This document shows positions 1-8,783 of a DNA stretch of 64,000 bases, piece after piece (the stretch's first letter is position 1; every line of letters starts with the position of its first letter). Below the pieces are notes generated by a model. The model worked only from the letters and a program-made list of their open reading frames with translations, searched no databases and was not told where the DNA came from. The position numbers and the translations under genes are program-made. Origin of the DNA: a virus (lineage: Duplodnaviria; Caudoviricetes); the IMG/VR virus record IMGVR_UViG_3300047323_000320, positions 484-64,483 of that record. The stretch is one strand, 5' to 3'.

Positions 1-258
1 CGTCGCCTCTGGATGTTCCTTAAGGTAGGCCAGGGCGTGGCGTAGGCGGTCTTTCAGATAGACCGCAATCAGGCGCCAGCCCTCGCGGTCAACGGTGGGC
101 GCTGCGGCCGTCTGAGCAGGCACAGCACGCCGCTTGCCTGCCTCACTCTCATAGACTGCCAGGCCGGTTATATCGTCGCGCTGTAGCGCCTTCTCGATGC
201 TGGCGTGTGCGTCCGGCGCGAACAGCGCGAACAGCGCTTCACGGTCAATGGTGGTCAT
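1..258 (-). CDS. Hypothetical protein, runs off the window edge
   Basis: Hand-translated MTTIDREALFALF...ALAYLKEHPEAT, open to base 1. ATG overlaps the stop of 255..500. Confidence 0.6.
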   Translation of the reverse strand, partial: MTTIDREALFALFAPDAHASIEKALQRDDITGLAVYESEAGKRRAVPAQTAAAPTVDREGWRLIAVYLKDRLRHALAYLKEHPEAT

Positions 259-500
259 GGCTGGTTTGCGGCCTTCAATTGCTTTACCTCAGATTCGAGC
301 GCTTTTAGTCGTTCCTTGATCGTGTCGATATCTTCCCATTGCGCGGTCGCGCCTTCGCCAAAATTGGCCAGGTCGCGGCGCACGGCATGAACGGCGTGTT
401 CAAGCGTCGTCAGGCGGCTCTTGATCTGCTTGAACCCTTCGGCGTTCTCTTCGCGCATTTCGCGGAGTTGGACCAGAACGATATTGTTTTCGTCGGACAT
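255..500 (-). CDS. Small coiled-coil hypothetical protein
   Basis: 81-aa ORF with heptad-like pattern, in the leftward operon. Confidence 0.7.
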   Translation of the reverse strand: MSDENNIVLVQLREMREENAEGFKQIKSRLTTLEHAVHAVRRDLANFGEGATAQWEDIDTIKERLKALESEVKQLKAANQP

Positions 501-541
501 TTTTAGCCCCTGTGTTAAGTCTCAAAGTATAGCGCCAGGCG

Positions 542-925
542 TTACCCTTGGCGCGTGGCGTGGTTATAGCGGTCCTGCAGGCGACTCAAGCGGCGTTCCA
601 GGCGAAGCGCCTTTGCCTTTTCGTGTCGTTCCGGTTCGCTGGGGTTGCGCATGAACCCTTCCAGCATTTCCTGCAGGCTGCTGGCGACAGCCAGCGTTTC
701 CTTCATCAGCGCTTCCAGGTCGTGCTGGTCGATATAGGCGAGCGTGTCGCACTGCGGGCAGCGCCCAGCCGGTGACGGATCGCCAGGCGTGAGCATGCAA
801 TCGTCTATCACGTTCAGGTCAGCAAACGCGCCGCGCCAGTCGCAGTCGTCGCAATGGCACGGCGTGGGATCGGGTGGCATGTCGAGCGCGGCGCGATAGT
901 ACGACGTGTGTTTGATCTTTCGCAT
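542..925 (-). CDS. Hypothetical protein with Cys motifs (CxCxxC, CxxC)
   Basis: AGGAG Shine-Dalgarno (SD) in the upstream repeat. Confidence 0.7.
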   Translation of the reverse strand: MRKIKHTSYYRAALDMPPDPTPCHCDDCDWRGAFADLNVIDDCMLTPGDPSPAGRCPQCDTLAYIDQHDLEALMKETLAVASSLQEMLEGFMRNPSEPERHEKAKALRLERRLSRLQDRYNHATRQG

Positions 926-930
926 GATCG

Positions 931-1119
931 TTACTCCTGCGGTTGTGTGAGTGGTTCCACGCGGTCCAGGTCAATCGACGTGGCGTATTGAATGTCGGCG
1001 TACTGCTGCGCCAGATCGCGCCAGGCAATCCACGCATGTGAGGCGTCCACATGCATCCGGCATTTGCCACGGCCGAGGTTGGGGCGGGATATGTGCACGG
1101 TGAAATGAAAGCGTTTCAT
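931..1119 (-). CDS. Small hypothetical protein
   Basis: MKRFHFTVH start follows the repeat SD. The C-terminus reads through the next repeat. Confidence 0.6.
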   Translation of the reverse strand: MKRFHFTVHISRPNLGRGKCRMHVDASHAWIAWRDLAQQYADIQYATSIDLDRVEPLTQPQE

Positions 1120-1183
1120 GATCGTTACTCCTGCGGTTGTGTGAGTGGGCAAGCTGGGCGCGCCAGTAGCGCGCCGGGTTTGC

Positions 1184-1462
1184 CTACTTCGAACCCTCGC
1201 CACCATATACGCACGTCTTTTTGTGGTCGTTGAATCCAGGCGGCACGCGGTCGGCGCGGCACTTCATGGAAAGCATTGCTGCATGCGGCCGTGACTCGGC
1301 GGCCGATAGTTCGCGCAGGCGTTGCTGCGCTGCTGCGAACGTGAGTTGTTCGGCGCATTCATGAAAGACCGTCGAGGGTCCACCGTACACAATCGCGGCG
1401 CCTCCGCGTTCATAGAATTCGGCTTGCCTGACTATCAGGCGAAAATCGTATAGCTTGGCCAT
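1184..1462 (-). CDS. Hypothetical protein
   Basis: Repeat-associated SD, 92 aa. Confidence 0.7.
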   Translation of the reverse strand: MAKLYDFRLIVRQAEFYERGGAAIVYGGPSTVFHECAEQLTFAAAQQRLRELSAAESRPHAAMLSMKCRADRVPPGFNDHKKTCVYGGEGSK

Positions 1463-1507
1463 GGTCTTAACTCCTGCGGTTGTGTGAGGGGTTCCACGCG
1501 GTCCAGG

Positions 1508-2083
1508 TCATTCGGCCGTAGCTGCGACTTTGCCGCGTGCTTTCAAAGTCTCATCCGTCAACGTCTGCATCGACAGCAGAAAGCCCGCGCCGTCTTTGCG
1601 TGGCTCACGGCGGCGCAGATCAAAAACGCTGCTGGCTCGGTAGCCGTCGCGCAGTTCAAAGCCGGTGTTATAGCCGGATTCGATGAACGCATGGGCGATG
1701 CCTGCCGCGACGCATACGCGCCGGCAGAATTCCGCGTATGCGCCATCGCCCTTTGCATAGCCTAGTTCGTTGTTGAATGCTTCCAGGCGCTTCTCTATCC
1801 GCTCCATGGTCTTAAGCATGGCGCGCAGGTCGTTCAGTTCGTGGCGGCCGCTTTCATCCGATACCAGGCGGATACCATAGACGCCTGAAAAGTCGCGGCT
1901 CACGTAGGCGGTCGCGTCGAGCGAAAGGCTATGCAAAAAGCTATTGCCGCACACTCTGTAGAGTTTCAGGTGTAACTCCGCACCATCGCCCCAGGTGTTT
2001 GCGCGCGCGAACGCGTACGCATAGGGCGTTTCGTTTTTGTCGGTGGGCGCTTCGACGTGCTTTTTCGCGAGGGTAACAGTCAT
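1508..2083 (-). CDS. Hypothetical protein
   Basis: GGAG SD, 191 aa. Confidence 0.75.
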   Translation of the reverse strand: MTVTLAKKHVEAPTDKNETPYAYAFARANTWGDGAELHLKLYRVCGNSFLHSLSLDATAYVSRDFSGVYGIRLVSDESGRHELNDLRAMLKTMERIEKRLEAFNNELGYAKGDGAYAEFCRRVCVAAGIAHAFIESGYNTGFELRDGYRASSVFDLRRREPRKDGAGFLLSMQTLTDETLKARGKVAATAE

Positions 2084-2087
2084 GGCC

Positions 2088-2429
2088 TTAACTCCGTGCG
2101 TTGGGATAGGTGCGGCTGAGCTTCACAAACTGGCTTGATGACTTCCACTCCAGCACGTCGCGGCCGGCGTCGGTCAGTAACCAGTAGTCGTCATGGTGCG
2201 TCGGCGCGAGCGAGCCGAACGCAAAGCACACATTAGCCGCGAGCCGTGCGGCGTCGCGCATGTCTTTGCATTCGATTGGATCACTTACGCGTCCCTGCGG
2301 ATCGGTTGAGCCGAATTGGACCGTATAGCGCGGGCGGGCTTTCTTCTGCGCGGGCATCGTTTCTAACTCCTGTATCAGGCTGCGTTCATATCCGACCCAG
2401 GCGCGGCGTTCGGCAAATCGCGGGTGCAT
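2088..2429 (-). CDS. Hypothetical protein (second in-frame start at 2357)
   Basis: AGGAG SDs before both ATG 2429 and ATG 2357. Confidence 0.6.
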   Translation of the reverse strand: MHPRFAERRAWVGYERSLIQELETMPAQKKARPRYTVQFGSTDPQGRVSDPIECKDMRDAARLAANVCFAFGSLAPTHHDDYWLLTDAGRDVLEWKSSSQFVKLSRTYPNARS

Positions 2430-2483
2430 GGTTTGGACTCCTAAAGCGTGTGATTGGGCGCCCATTGCTGGGCGCCGTGGTTG

Positions 2484-3128
2484 TTAGAAAGGTCCGTCCT
2501 GCTGGTCGTCGGCCGGCGCGGGCTTCGTCGGTTTGCGCGGTGCGGGCTTCGTCGGCGTCGGCGTCGGCGTCGGCTTCTGTGCGGCTGCTACGGGTTGCGC
2601 TTCGGTGGCGGCTGCTACGTCATCCAGTGATACCGCGCCGTTGGGAAATAGCAGGGTCATCAGGTCGCCTTGCGTGGCCTTGCCGCGCGCGGGCGCGAGT
2701 CGTTGAACCTTCGGCAAGGGTTCCTCGCCGTCGAGACCCCAGGGCGCTTCTGCGTAGCCGTCGAGCGCGCGGATTGCTTCGGTCATGATCGCGCGGACGA
2801 TAGTCGCGCAGTCTGACGCCTCGTAATCGTCTACCTCGCAAGCCTGGTAGTTGAAGCACTGCGCGGACTTCAGCACCACAACCGGCGCGAGGTCGGCCGC
2901 GTCGGCGGGCCGCCAGGTGATAGCGTAGTCGGGCCTGTAATCGTCATCAGCCGGATAGCGGGCGCGCAAGCTGGCGATATTGCCCGCCAGCAGGATATCG
3001 GCGAACGCCTGCGCGCGGTGCGTGGCGTCGATGCAATCGCCATTGTTGAGCGTGAGGCGAATCCGGCGCGCCTGGGCGAACGTCGCGAGCGCGTTAATGT
3101 GGCGGACTGAGCAAAGAAAGGCGGACAT
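2484..3128 (-). CDS. Conserved phage/plasmid hypothetical protein with Pro-rich linker and acidic ...DDQQDGPF tail
   Basis: SD present; YQACE and APWG motifs. Confidence 0.7.
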   Translation of the reverse strand: MSAFLCSVRHINALATFAQARRIRLTLNNGDCIDATHRAQAFADILLAGNIASLRARYPADDDYRPDYAITWRPADAADLAPVVVLKSAQCFNYQACEVDDYEASDCATIVRAIMTEAIRALDGYAEAPWGLDGEEPLPKVQRLAPARGKATQGDLMTLLFPNGAVSLDDVAAATEAQPVAAAQKPTPTPTPTKPAPRKPTKPAPADDQQDGPF

Positions 3129-3130
3129 GG

Positions 3131-3445
3131 TTAAGCCTCCAGGGGTTGCGTTGTGGGTTGCGGCGCGGGCCGCGTGAACTGTGAAACCTTGCTATGCAGG
3201 TGCGGGACGTGAAGCAGGGCATACGCACAGATCAGGTCGATATGCTCGGCTTCGGGATGCACGAGTGCGGCGCGGCCGTACAGCGCTGTAACCTGCTCAA
3301 TCGCCAACTCTTCAGCCTGTGCCACGTCGCCAAGGTGCGCGGCGTTGCCGGACTGGAGCGCGGCGCTTTTCACTGCGGCCCAATCGGTGCGGACCTGGCT
3401 AACAGCCGGCGAGCGGGCGAAGAGTTTGCGAACGGCGTTGAACAT
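3131..3445 (-). CDS. Hypothetical protein
   Basis: Operon position, 104 aa. Confidence 0.65.
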   Translation of the reverse strand: MFNAVRKLFARSPAVSQVRTDWAAVKSAALQSGNAAHLGDVAQAEELAIEQVTALYGRAALVHPEAEHIDLICAYALLHVPHLHSKVSQFTRPAPQPTTQPLEA

Positions 3446-3560
3446 GGTTATTTCTCTCAGGTGTGGTTGTGGTAATTCATCGTAAGTACAACTTACCGGC
3501 GCTTATGTGCGGCCGCATACTCGGCGCCCCGTTTTTACAGGGCGCCTGATATGCGAATGC

Positions 3561-4550
3561 TTAGGCGGTGAGAAGGTCGAGCACCTTCACTTTCAGTTTT
3601 TCGCCAGGACCGAACCATGCCGACTCCAGGCGGTTATCCTGGGACGTGGCGCGTACATGGTGATCGACAAACTCCGTTGCCGCGTTCAGCAGGCCCCATG
3701 CGGTGCCTTTCACGCCGTCAAGATTGGAGCCGCGCCCGCTGCCCTGGAAAAGGTCCATCATCTTTTTGAATGCTGCTTTCTCCTGCGCTTCCTGCACCTG
3801 CGCAGAGGTCAGCGTGTTAAAACGCTTGTCGGTCAATGCTTCGATCAGCACGCGTTCGGCCTTGTCGGCGCTAACACGTTCGCCCGCCAGCAGGCGCATT
3901 GTCCCTGCCCAGGCGTTGAACTCTTCGCGGCTAATGCCCAGTTCATCCTTCATCGCCTCCGCGTCAAACGTCGAGCGGTGGCTAATCTTCGCGTCAGCAC
4001 GGCCGCGCAATGCTGCGGTCATGGTGTTTTGGCAAACGACGCGAACCGTGGTGCGCTTGCCGGTTGTTGCCATGCTGCCGTCCGTCGCGGTTGCCAGCAG
4101 CAGATAGCCGCCTACCTTGTCGGCCGCGTTTTTGATCGTTGCCTCTGCACCGATCTTCGCGAGCGCCCAAAACTTGCGGCCGCCGTGCAACGTGCCGGCC
4201 GTTTCCAGGCTAAAGCCTGCCTGCGCCGTCAGATCGGCCATGAAGTCGAGAATCTCGCGCGGCTGAACAATCTTGAAGCGGGCCGACACGATGCCCAGGG
4301 AGTCTTTCGTATCCGAGCGCATCAGAACGCGCATGTCGTCAACCGTGCGCCATGCGTCGGCGCCCTGGCCGTAGCCGGTGGCATAGCGAACAAAGCCGGA
4401 TTGAATCTTCCAGTCCATCCCGGCGGCCGCCGCCCACTCTTCATGCGTGGCGCCTTCCTCCAGGCGTTCGCCCAGGCCGTGCCAGGGCGTGGCGCCGATA
4501 TAGGCCATTTCGGCTTTGCCGTTCGAGCGGATAGTAAGTGCGTGTGCCAT
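3561..4550 (-). CDS. DUF932 / TIGR03299-family phage-plasmid protein
   Basis: MAY.G.TPWHGLG, TAG.L.GG.KFWALA, RVVC.NT and GTAWGL.NA.TE.VDH motifs. Confidence 0.85.
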   Translation of the reverse strand: MAHALTIRSNGKAEMAYIGATPWHGLGERLEEGATHEEWAAAAGMDWKIQSGFVRYATGYGQGADAWRTVDDMRVLMRSDTKDSLGIVSARFKIVQPREILDFMADLTAQAGFSLETAGTLHGGRKFWALAKIGAEATIKNAADKVGGYLLLATATDGSMATTGKRTTVRVVCQNTMTAALRGRADAKISHRSTFDAEAMKDELGISREEFNAWAGTMRLLAGERVSADKAERVLIEALTDKRFNTLTSAQVQEAQEKAAFKKMMDLFQGSGRGSNLDGVKGTAWGLLNAATEFVDHHVRATSQDNRLESAWFGPGEKLKVKVLDLLTA

Positions 4551-4571
4551 GGTTAGAACCCTTGTTCGTGA

Positions 4572-4588
4572 ATTGAGAAAATGACAAT
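4572..4588. promoter_or_regulatory. Putative repressor operator ATTGAGAAAATGACAAT
   Basis: 17-bp dyad matching the sites at 4696, 57513 and 58361. Confidence 0.7.
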
Positions 4589-4695
4589 TGATCGAGTGGT
4601 GCGAATTTCCTTAAGGCCCGTCTTTCCCGCGCCCCGAAGGGTGATTGAAGAATAGGCTTATACAGCTAGTTGTACAGCTAGGGAAAACCCTACAA

Positions 4696-4712
4696 ATTGT
4701 CCTTTTCTCAAT
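4696..4712. promoter_or_regulatory. Putative repressor operator (minus strand ATTGAGAAAAGGACAAT)
   Basis: Same 17-bp consensus. Confidence 0.7.
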
Positions 4713-4801
4713 TTATTTGTGGGGTAACGCACACAAAACCGGCTCTCGCGGTTAATATCGGCCCTGGGAAATTGCCTCCTGCAATTCCACGAATCAATCA
4801 A

Positions 4802-4828
4802 GCGGTCGCCACTCGGCGGCCGTTTTTC
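4802..4828 (+). terminator. Intrinsic terminator ahead of the late genes (tR'-like candidate)
   Basis: GCGGTCGCC-ACTC-GGCGGCCGT followed by a T-run. Confidence 0.45.
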
Positions 4829-4843
4829 ATTTGAGGCCGCGCA

Positions 4844-5209
4844 ATGGCAACGACCGTAGAAATCACACTAGGCGACGATGGAAAGCTCACCGTTGGCATT
4901 GCTGAGGAACCCAGCGCAGACCTGGACGACTCGCAGCAGGTGGCGAACGTCGAGCAGGCGTTAGCCATGGCCAAGCATCTGTTAGCGAATCCGCCGGCCG
5001 ACACGGACGAAGCGAGCGAGCAGGGCGGCGCCGACGATGACAGCGCGCCCGATGCCGATGCGGCCGGCGCCGCTCAGCCTGCGGCCGGTGGCGATGCTGG
5101 CGCGGCTCAGCCTGCGGCCGGTGGCGATGCTGGCGCCGGTGGCGGTGGCGGTGGCGATGCCCAGGCGATGTGGGATCAATTGGCCCAGCAGCAAGGCCCG
5201 GCGCACTGA
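4844..5209 (+). CDS. Acidic low-complexity protein with a tandem 33-bp repeat
   Basis: GAGG SD; GAAQPAAGGDA occurs twice (5066-5131). Confidence 0.75.
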   Translation: MATTVEITLGDDGKLTVGIAEEPSADLDDSQQVANVEQALAMAKHLLANPPADTDEASEQGGADDDSAPDADAAGAAQPAAGGDAGAAQPAAGGDAGAGGGGGGDAQAMWDQLAQQQGPAH

Positions 5210-5402
5210 GCGCACAACGTCCGTTTTGCTGTCTGGAGCGCATACAGCTATCGCCCGCGCGCCCCCAGGCCAGGGCTTCCCAGGACTCTACGAAGCACGC
5301 CGCGACGGTTGCGGCCGCTCCCAGGATTGCAGGAAAGCACGCCGCGCAACGCCGCACAGTGGGCGCGGCTCGACCGTATACAGAGGCCGAGTGTGCATAA
5401 GC

Positions 5403-5430
5403 ACAGTTGATAATGTCCATTATGTAAAAT
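5403..5430 (+). other. dif-like XerC/XerD site 1
   Basis: ACAGTTGATAA-TGTCCA-TTATGTAAAAT, 11-6-11 layout. XerD arm matches E. coli TTATGTTAAAT at 10/11. Confidence 0.75.
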
Positions 5431-5728
5431 CGTAAGTGACTGATTCTAAAGGGATTGTCACTGTTCGCTAGTGCCAGATCGCCAGAACAGGGCGCATTTG
5501 TGGCATTGCGTGGCGTTGCAGCGTGCGCCGCGTGGCGGATGTGGACGTGTGCCGAGCAGGCCGATCGAGCCGAGCCGCTGCGCTCCTGTGTCTCTGGGAA
5601 CGAATGAAAGGCGCCGGCCCAGGATGAGTTTTCGACCCCCCGGCATACCCCAAATTCGCCCGACTTGGGGCCCCCTTTTCGCTCGTGGGCGCAAACAGGG
5701 ACAAAAATTTTTAAAAAATTTTGACGCG

Positions 5729-5749
5729 CTGTTTAGGACCCCTTAACAG
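5729..5749. promoter_or_regulatory. Dispersed dyad motif CTGTTTAGG-N3-CCTTAACAG
   Basis: Recurs at 12833-12853 and 41889-41908, with half-sites elsewhere. Confidence 0.6.
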
Positions 5750-5763
5750 AATCAGGTGAACAG

Positions 5764-6468
5764 ATGGCCTCCCGGAAACCTCCGACTCTGAACGCACCGC
5801 CCAAATCCAAGGTGCTGACACTCGCCGCGTCGACGGACAAGCCCCTGGTGAAGAAGGGCGCCGGCGGCAAGCCGCGCGACATGACGCCGCGTGAAATTCT
5901 TGAGCAGCAGATCACCGAACAGGCACAGGCGCGCTTCGTGGCATCGGCCGCGATCGACGCGGCGGTAGCGATGCAGCAGACGCGCCTGGGCAACACGCGG
6001 CCGAGCGCCGCGACGCTGCGCAGCAAGGCGCGCATCAAGGTCTCGGACGTGCGCGAAGAACTGCTGCTGCGCATCGCGGAAGGCGAGTCGGTTTTCACGA
6101 TCAGCCACGACGACCACATGCCGGCCCGCGCCACGCTCTACAAGTGGATTCGTGAGGACCCGCAGTTTCGCGCGGAGTACGAGACCGCACTGGAGCAGCG
6201 CGCCGACAAGTACGTGGAACAGATCGCGGACCTGTCGCGCTACATGAGCGAGCGCGCCGCAATGGGCGCGAGTAACGAGGAAGTCACGGCGCTGAAGTCG
6301 CACATCAACTCGCTGCAGTGGATCGCCGCGCGCCTGAATGCGAAGAAGTACGGCGACCGCCAGCAGCTCGACGTCGACCAGAAAATCACGCTGGACGAAA
6401 AGCAGCTGGACCAACGCCTCGCGCTGCTCATGCAGAAGGCGCAACCGAAAAAGCTGCCGGCCGAATGA
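5764..6468 (+). CDS. terS: Terminase small subunit
   Basis: HTH region IAEGES...MPARATLYKWI and W.AARL..KKYGD motif (Sf6-like); upstream of terL. Confidence 0.85.
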   Translation: MASRKPPTLNAPPKSKVLTLAASTDKPLVKKGAGGKPRDMTPREILEQQITEQAQARFVASAAIDAAVAMQQTRLGNTRPSAATLRSKARIKVSDVREELLLRIAEGESVFTISHDDHMPARATLYKWIREDPQFRAEYETALEQRADKYVEQIADLSRYMSERAAMGASNEEVTALKSHINSLQWIAARLNAKKYGDRQQLDVDQKITLDEKQLDQRLALLMQKAQPKKLPAE

Positions 6469-6551
6469 ATAGGCGCGCCTATTCAAAAGAATACCCGCAC
6501 CCTTTCCGCCCAATAGGGGCGGGCCTCCGGGTGAATAGGCGCGCCGATTCA
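6466..6551. repeat. Two copies of the 20-bp palindrome TGAATAGGCGCGCCTATTCA
   Basis: Perfect at 6466-6485; one mismatch at 6532-6551. Confidence 0.9.
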
Positions 6552-6575
6552 ACCGCTACGCCGATTCAAAAACCC

Positions 6576-7211
6576 ATGAACTTCGAACGCCTGCTGACGG
6601 GTCTGCCCGTGGAGCCGCTGGCCGCAAAGCTCGCGGCTAACCCCGACTGGTGGAACGCAATCACGATGCGCCAGGACTTCCTGGGCTCGCCCCACTACGA
6701 CACGCACACGATTTTCCTGCGCGGGCCGGCGGGCTTCAGTTTCGAACAGTACTTCGCGGACCCCGGCGCCCACGACTATCACCTGCTGTCGGCCGTCATG
6801 GATGAGCTGATGCCCGTGCTGCGGCCGCTGCTGCTCGCGATCGACTGGCAGGAGCTGGGCCGGATTCTTCTCGTGCGCATGCCCGCTGGCGCCGCGCTCG
6901 ATGAACACACAGACGAAGGTCACTACGCCGAAACCTACGCCCGCTTCCATGTGCCGCTGGTAACGAATCCAGGTTGCAGCCTGACGGTCGACCGCGAACG
7001 CCAGCACATGGGAGCGGGCGAGGCATGGTGGTTCGATCACCGCAAGCCCCATAGCGCACACAACTCGGGCGAGACCGATCGGATTCATTTGATCGTGGAT
7101 GCGGTGTGCGCCCGGTATAAGACTGGACGACACGATGGACCTCGCGACACTGGACCTATCGAGCCTCACGCTCGTGGAGAAGCAGGAACTGCTGGACCTG
7201 CTGGAGCTTAA
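6576..7211 (+). CDS. 2OG-Fe(II) oxygenase, aspartyl/asparaginyl beta-hydroxylase-like
   Basis: HTDEG (HxD), RFHVPL.TN, GEAWWFD..KPHSA.N and RIHLIVD motifs. Confidence 0.8.
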   Translation: MNFERLLTGLPVEPLAAKLAANPDWWNAITMRQDFLGSPHYDTHTIFLRGPAGFSFEQYFADPGAHDYHLLSAVMDELMPVLRPLLLAIDWQELGRILLVRMPAGAALDEHTDEGHYAETYARFHVPLVTNPGCSLTVDRERQHMGAGEAWWFDHRKPHSAHNSGETDRIHLIVDAVCARYKTGRHDGPRDTGPIEPHARGEAGTAGPAGA

Positions 7212-8580
7212 GCAGCAGCGCGCCGATCAGAACAAACTCTTCGCCTACGCGCCGTACCCGAAGCAGATGGAGTTCCATGCGGCCGGCGCCTACGAGAACG
7301 TAATCGACCGCCTGCTGATGGCAGGCAATCAGCAAGGGAAAACCTGGTCGGCCGGCTTCGAAACGGCCATGCACCTGACGGGCGAGTATCCCGACTGGTG
7401 GACGGGCAAGCGTTTCGATGAGCCCACGGTCGGCTGGGCCGCAGGCGTGACGGGCGAATCGACGCGGGACAACCCGCAGCGGATTCTGCTGGGACGACCT
7501 GGCCAGTGGGGCACGGGCAGCATTCCGGCTGATCGCATCATCGGCATTACGCGCAAGGCGCATGGTGTACCCGATAGCGTGGACAGCGTGAAGGTGCGGC
7601 ACAAGTCCGGCGGCACGTCGATCGTATTCTTTAAGGCGTACGAACAGGGGCGGGAAAAGTGGCAGGGCGAGACTTTACATTGGGTCTGGTTTGACGAGGA
7701 ACCGCCGGAAGAAATCTACTCGGAAGGCAAGACGCGGACGCAGGCAGGTGACGGCGGGCGCGGCGGTATCACGTACATCACGTTCACGCCGCTGCTCGGC
7801 ATGTCCAGTGTCGTGCGGCGCTTCCTGCTCGACAAGATTCCCGGTACGCACGTCACGAACATGACGATTGACGACGCGCTGCACTACACGCCGGCACAGC
7901 GCGCGCAGATCATCGCGGGCTACCTGCCGCATGAGCGTGAAGCGCGGGCGCGTGGCATTCCGACCATGGGCAGCGGCCGCGTGTACCCGGTGCCCGAGGA
8001 CACGATCAAGGTGGCGCCGTTCGCCATTCCGTATCACTGGCCGCGCATCTGCGGCGTCGACTTCGGCTGGGATCACCCGGCGGCCGGCGTATGGCTCGCA
8101 TGGGACCGCGAGACCGACACGCTGTACGTCTACGACTGCTACCGGCAGAAGGAACAGACCTCCATCTATCACGCCGCGATCATCAAGAGCAAAGGCGCAT
8201 GGATTCCGGTGGCATGGCCCGTCGACGGTCTGCAGACGCGCGACGGCAAACAGGCCAAGGTCATGTATCAGCGCCACGGCGCGAACATGCTGGAGAAGCA
8301 CGCGCAGGACAAGGACGGCGGCACGTCGCTTGAGGCGACGACGCAGGAAATGCTGGAGCGCATGCAGACCGGCCGCTTCAAGGTGTTCTCGCACCTGTCG
8401 GACTGGTGGGAAGAGTTCCGGCTGTATCACCGCAAGGACGGCCTCATTGTCGACATCAACGACGACCTGATGAGCGCGACACGCTACGGCGCCATGATGA
8501 TCCGCTACGCGGAGACCATCACGCCCAAACGCGAGTTCATTCCGTCGTTCGGCTCGCTCGACAATGAAGCGGGGTACTAA
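7135..8580 (+). CDS. terL: Terminase large subunit (P22-like)
   Basis: Walker A AGNQQGKT, Walker B WFDEEP, TFTP, nuclease GVDFGWDHP and DDLMSATRY. Confidence 0.95.
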   Translation: MDLATLDLSSLTLVEKQELLDLLELKQQRADQNKLFAYAPYPKQMEFHAAGAYENVIDRLLMAGNQQGKTWSAGFETAMHLTGEYPDWWTGKRFDEPTVGWAAGVTGESTRDNPQRILLGRPGQWGTGSIPADRIIGITRKAHGVPDSVDSVKVRHKSGGTSIVFFKAYEQGREKWQGETLHWVWFDEEPPEEIYSEGKTRTQAGDGGRGGITYITFTPLLGMSSVVRRFLLDKIPGTHVTNMTIDDALHYTPAQRAQIIAGYLPHEREARARGIPTMGSGRVYPVPEDTIKVAPFAIPYHWPRICGVDFGWDHPAAGVWLAWDRETDTLYVYDCYRQKEQTSIYHAAIIKSKGAWIPVAWPVDGLQTRDGKQAKVMYQRHGANMLEKHAQDKDGGTSLEATTQEMLERMQTGRFKVFSHLSDWWEEFRLYHRKDGLIVDINDDLMSATRYGAMMIRYAETITPKREFIPSFGSLDNEAGY

Positions 8581-8636
8581 GTATCTGATTTTGCTCCATA
8601 ACTCGAATGTGAGTTTTGGGGTGCTGGAGACCAGTC

Positions 8637-8783
8637 ATGAAAAACGATAGACCACACATCCGATGGTCGAAATATTGGGAAGCCTGGGAATGCAAGTTCG
8701 CGGGTCTCTCGCGTATCGGCGACACGCCGCTGAACGCGTTCCACGAATGGAAGCGCGCGGCGCTCGCGGGGAACAAGCGATGA
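8637..8783 (+). CDS. 48-aa hypothetical protein (not in the ORF track)
   Basis: GGAG SD; MKNDRPHIRWSKYWEAWEC...; ATGA overlap with the next gene. Confidence 0.55.
   Translation: MKNDRPHIRWSKYWEAWECKFAGLSRIGDTPLNAFHEWKRAALAGNKR

Larger units (their letters stand above)
923..1511 (-). repeat. Three start-associated direct repeats (923-973, 1117-1148, 1460-1511)
   Basis: On the minus strand, CTCACACAACCGCAGGAGT...ATG precedes three consecutive genes. Copies 1 and 3 extend to TGACCTGGACCGCGTGGAACC. Confidence 0.9.

Noticed and set aside
923-1511. Repeats as a CRISPR array
   Set aside because: Spacers are unequal and gene-sized, the repeats contain SD and ATG, and there is no cas operon
6466-6485. 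Palindrome as an N15-type telomere resolution site
   Set aside because: Only 20 bp, and no protelomerase or tyrosine-recombinase ORF was recognised
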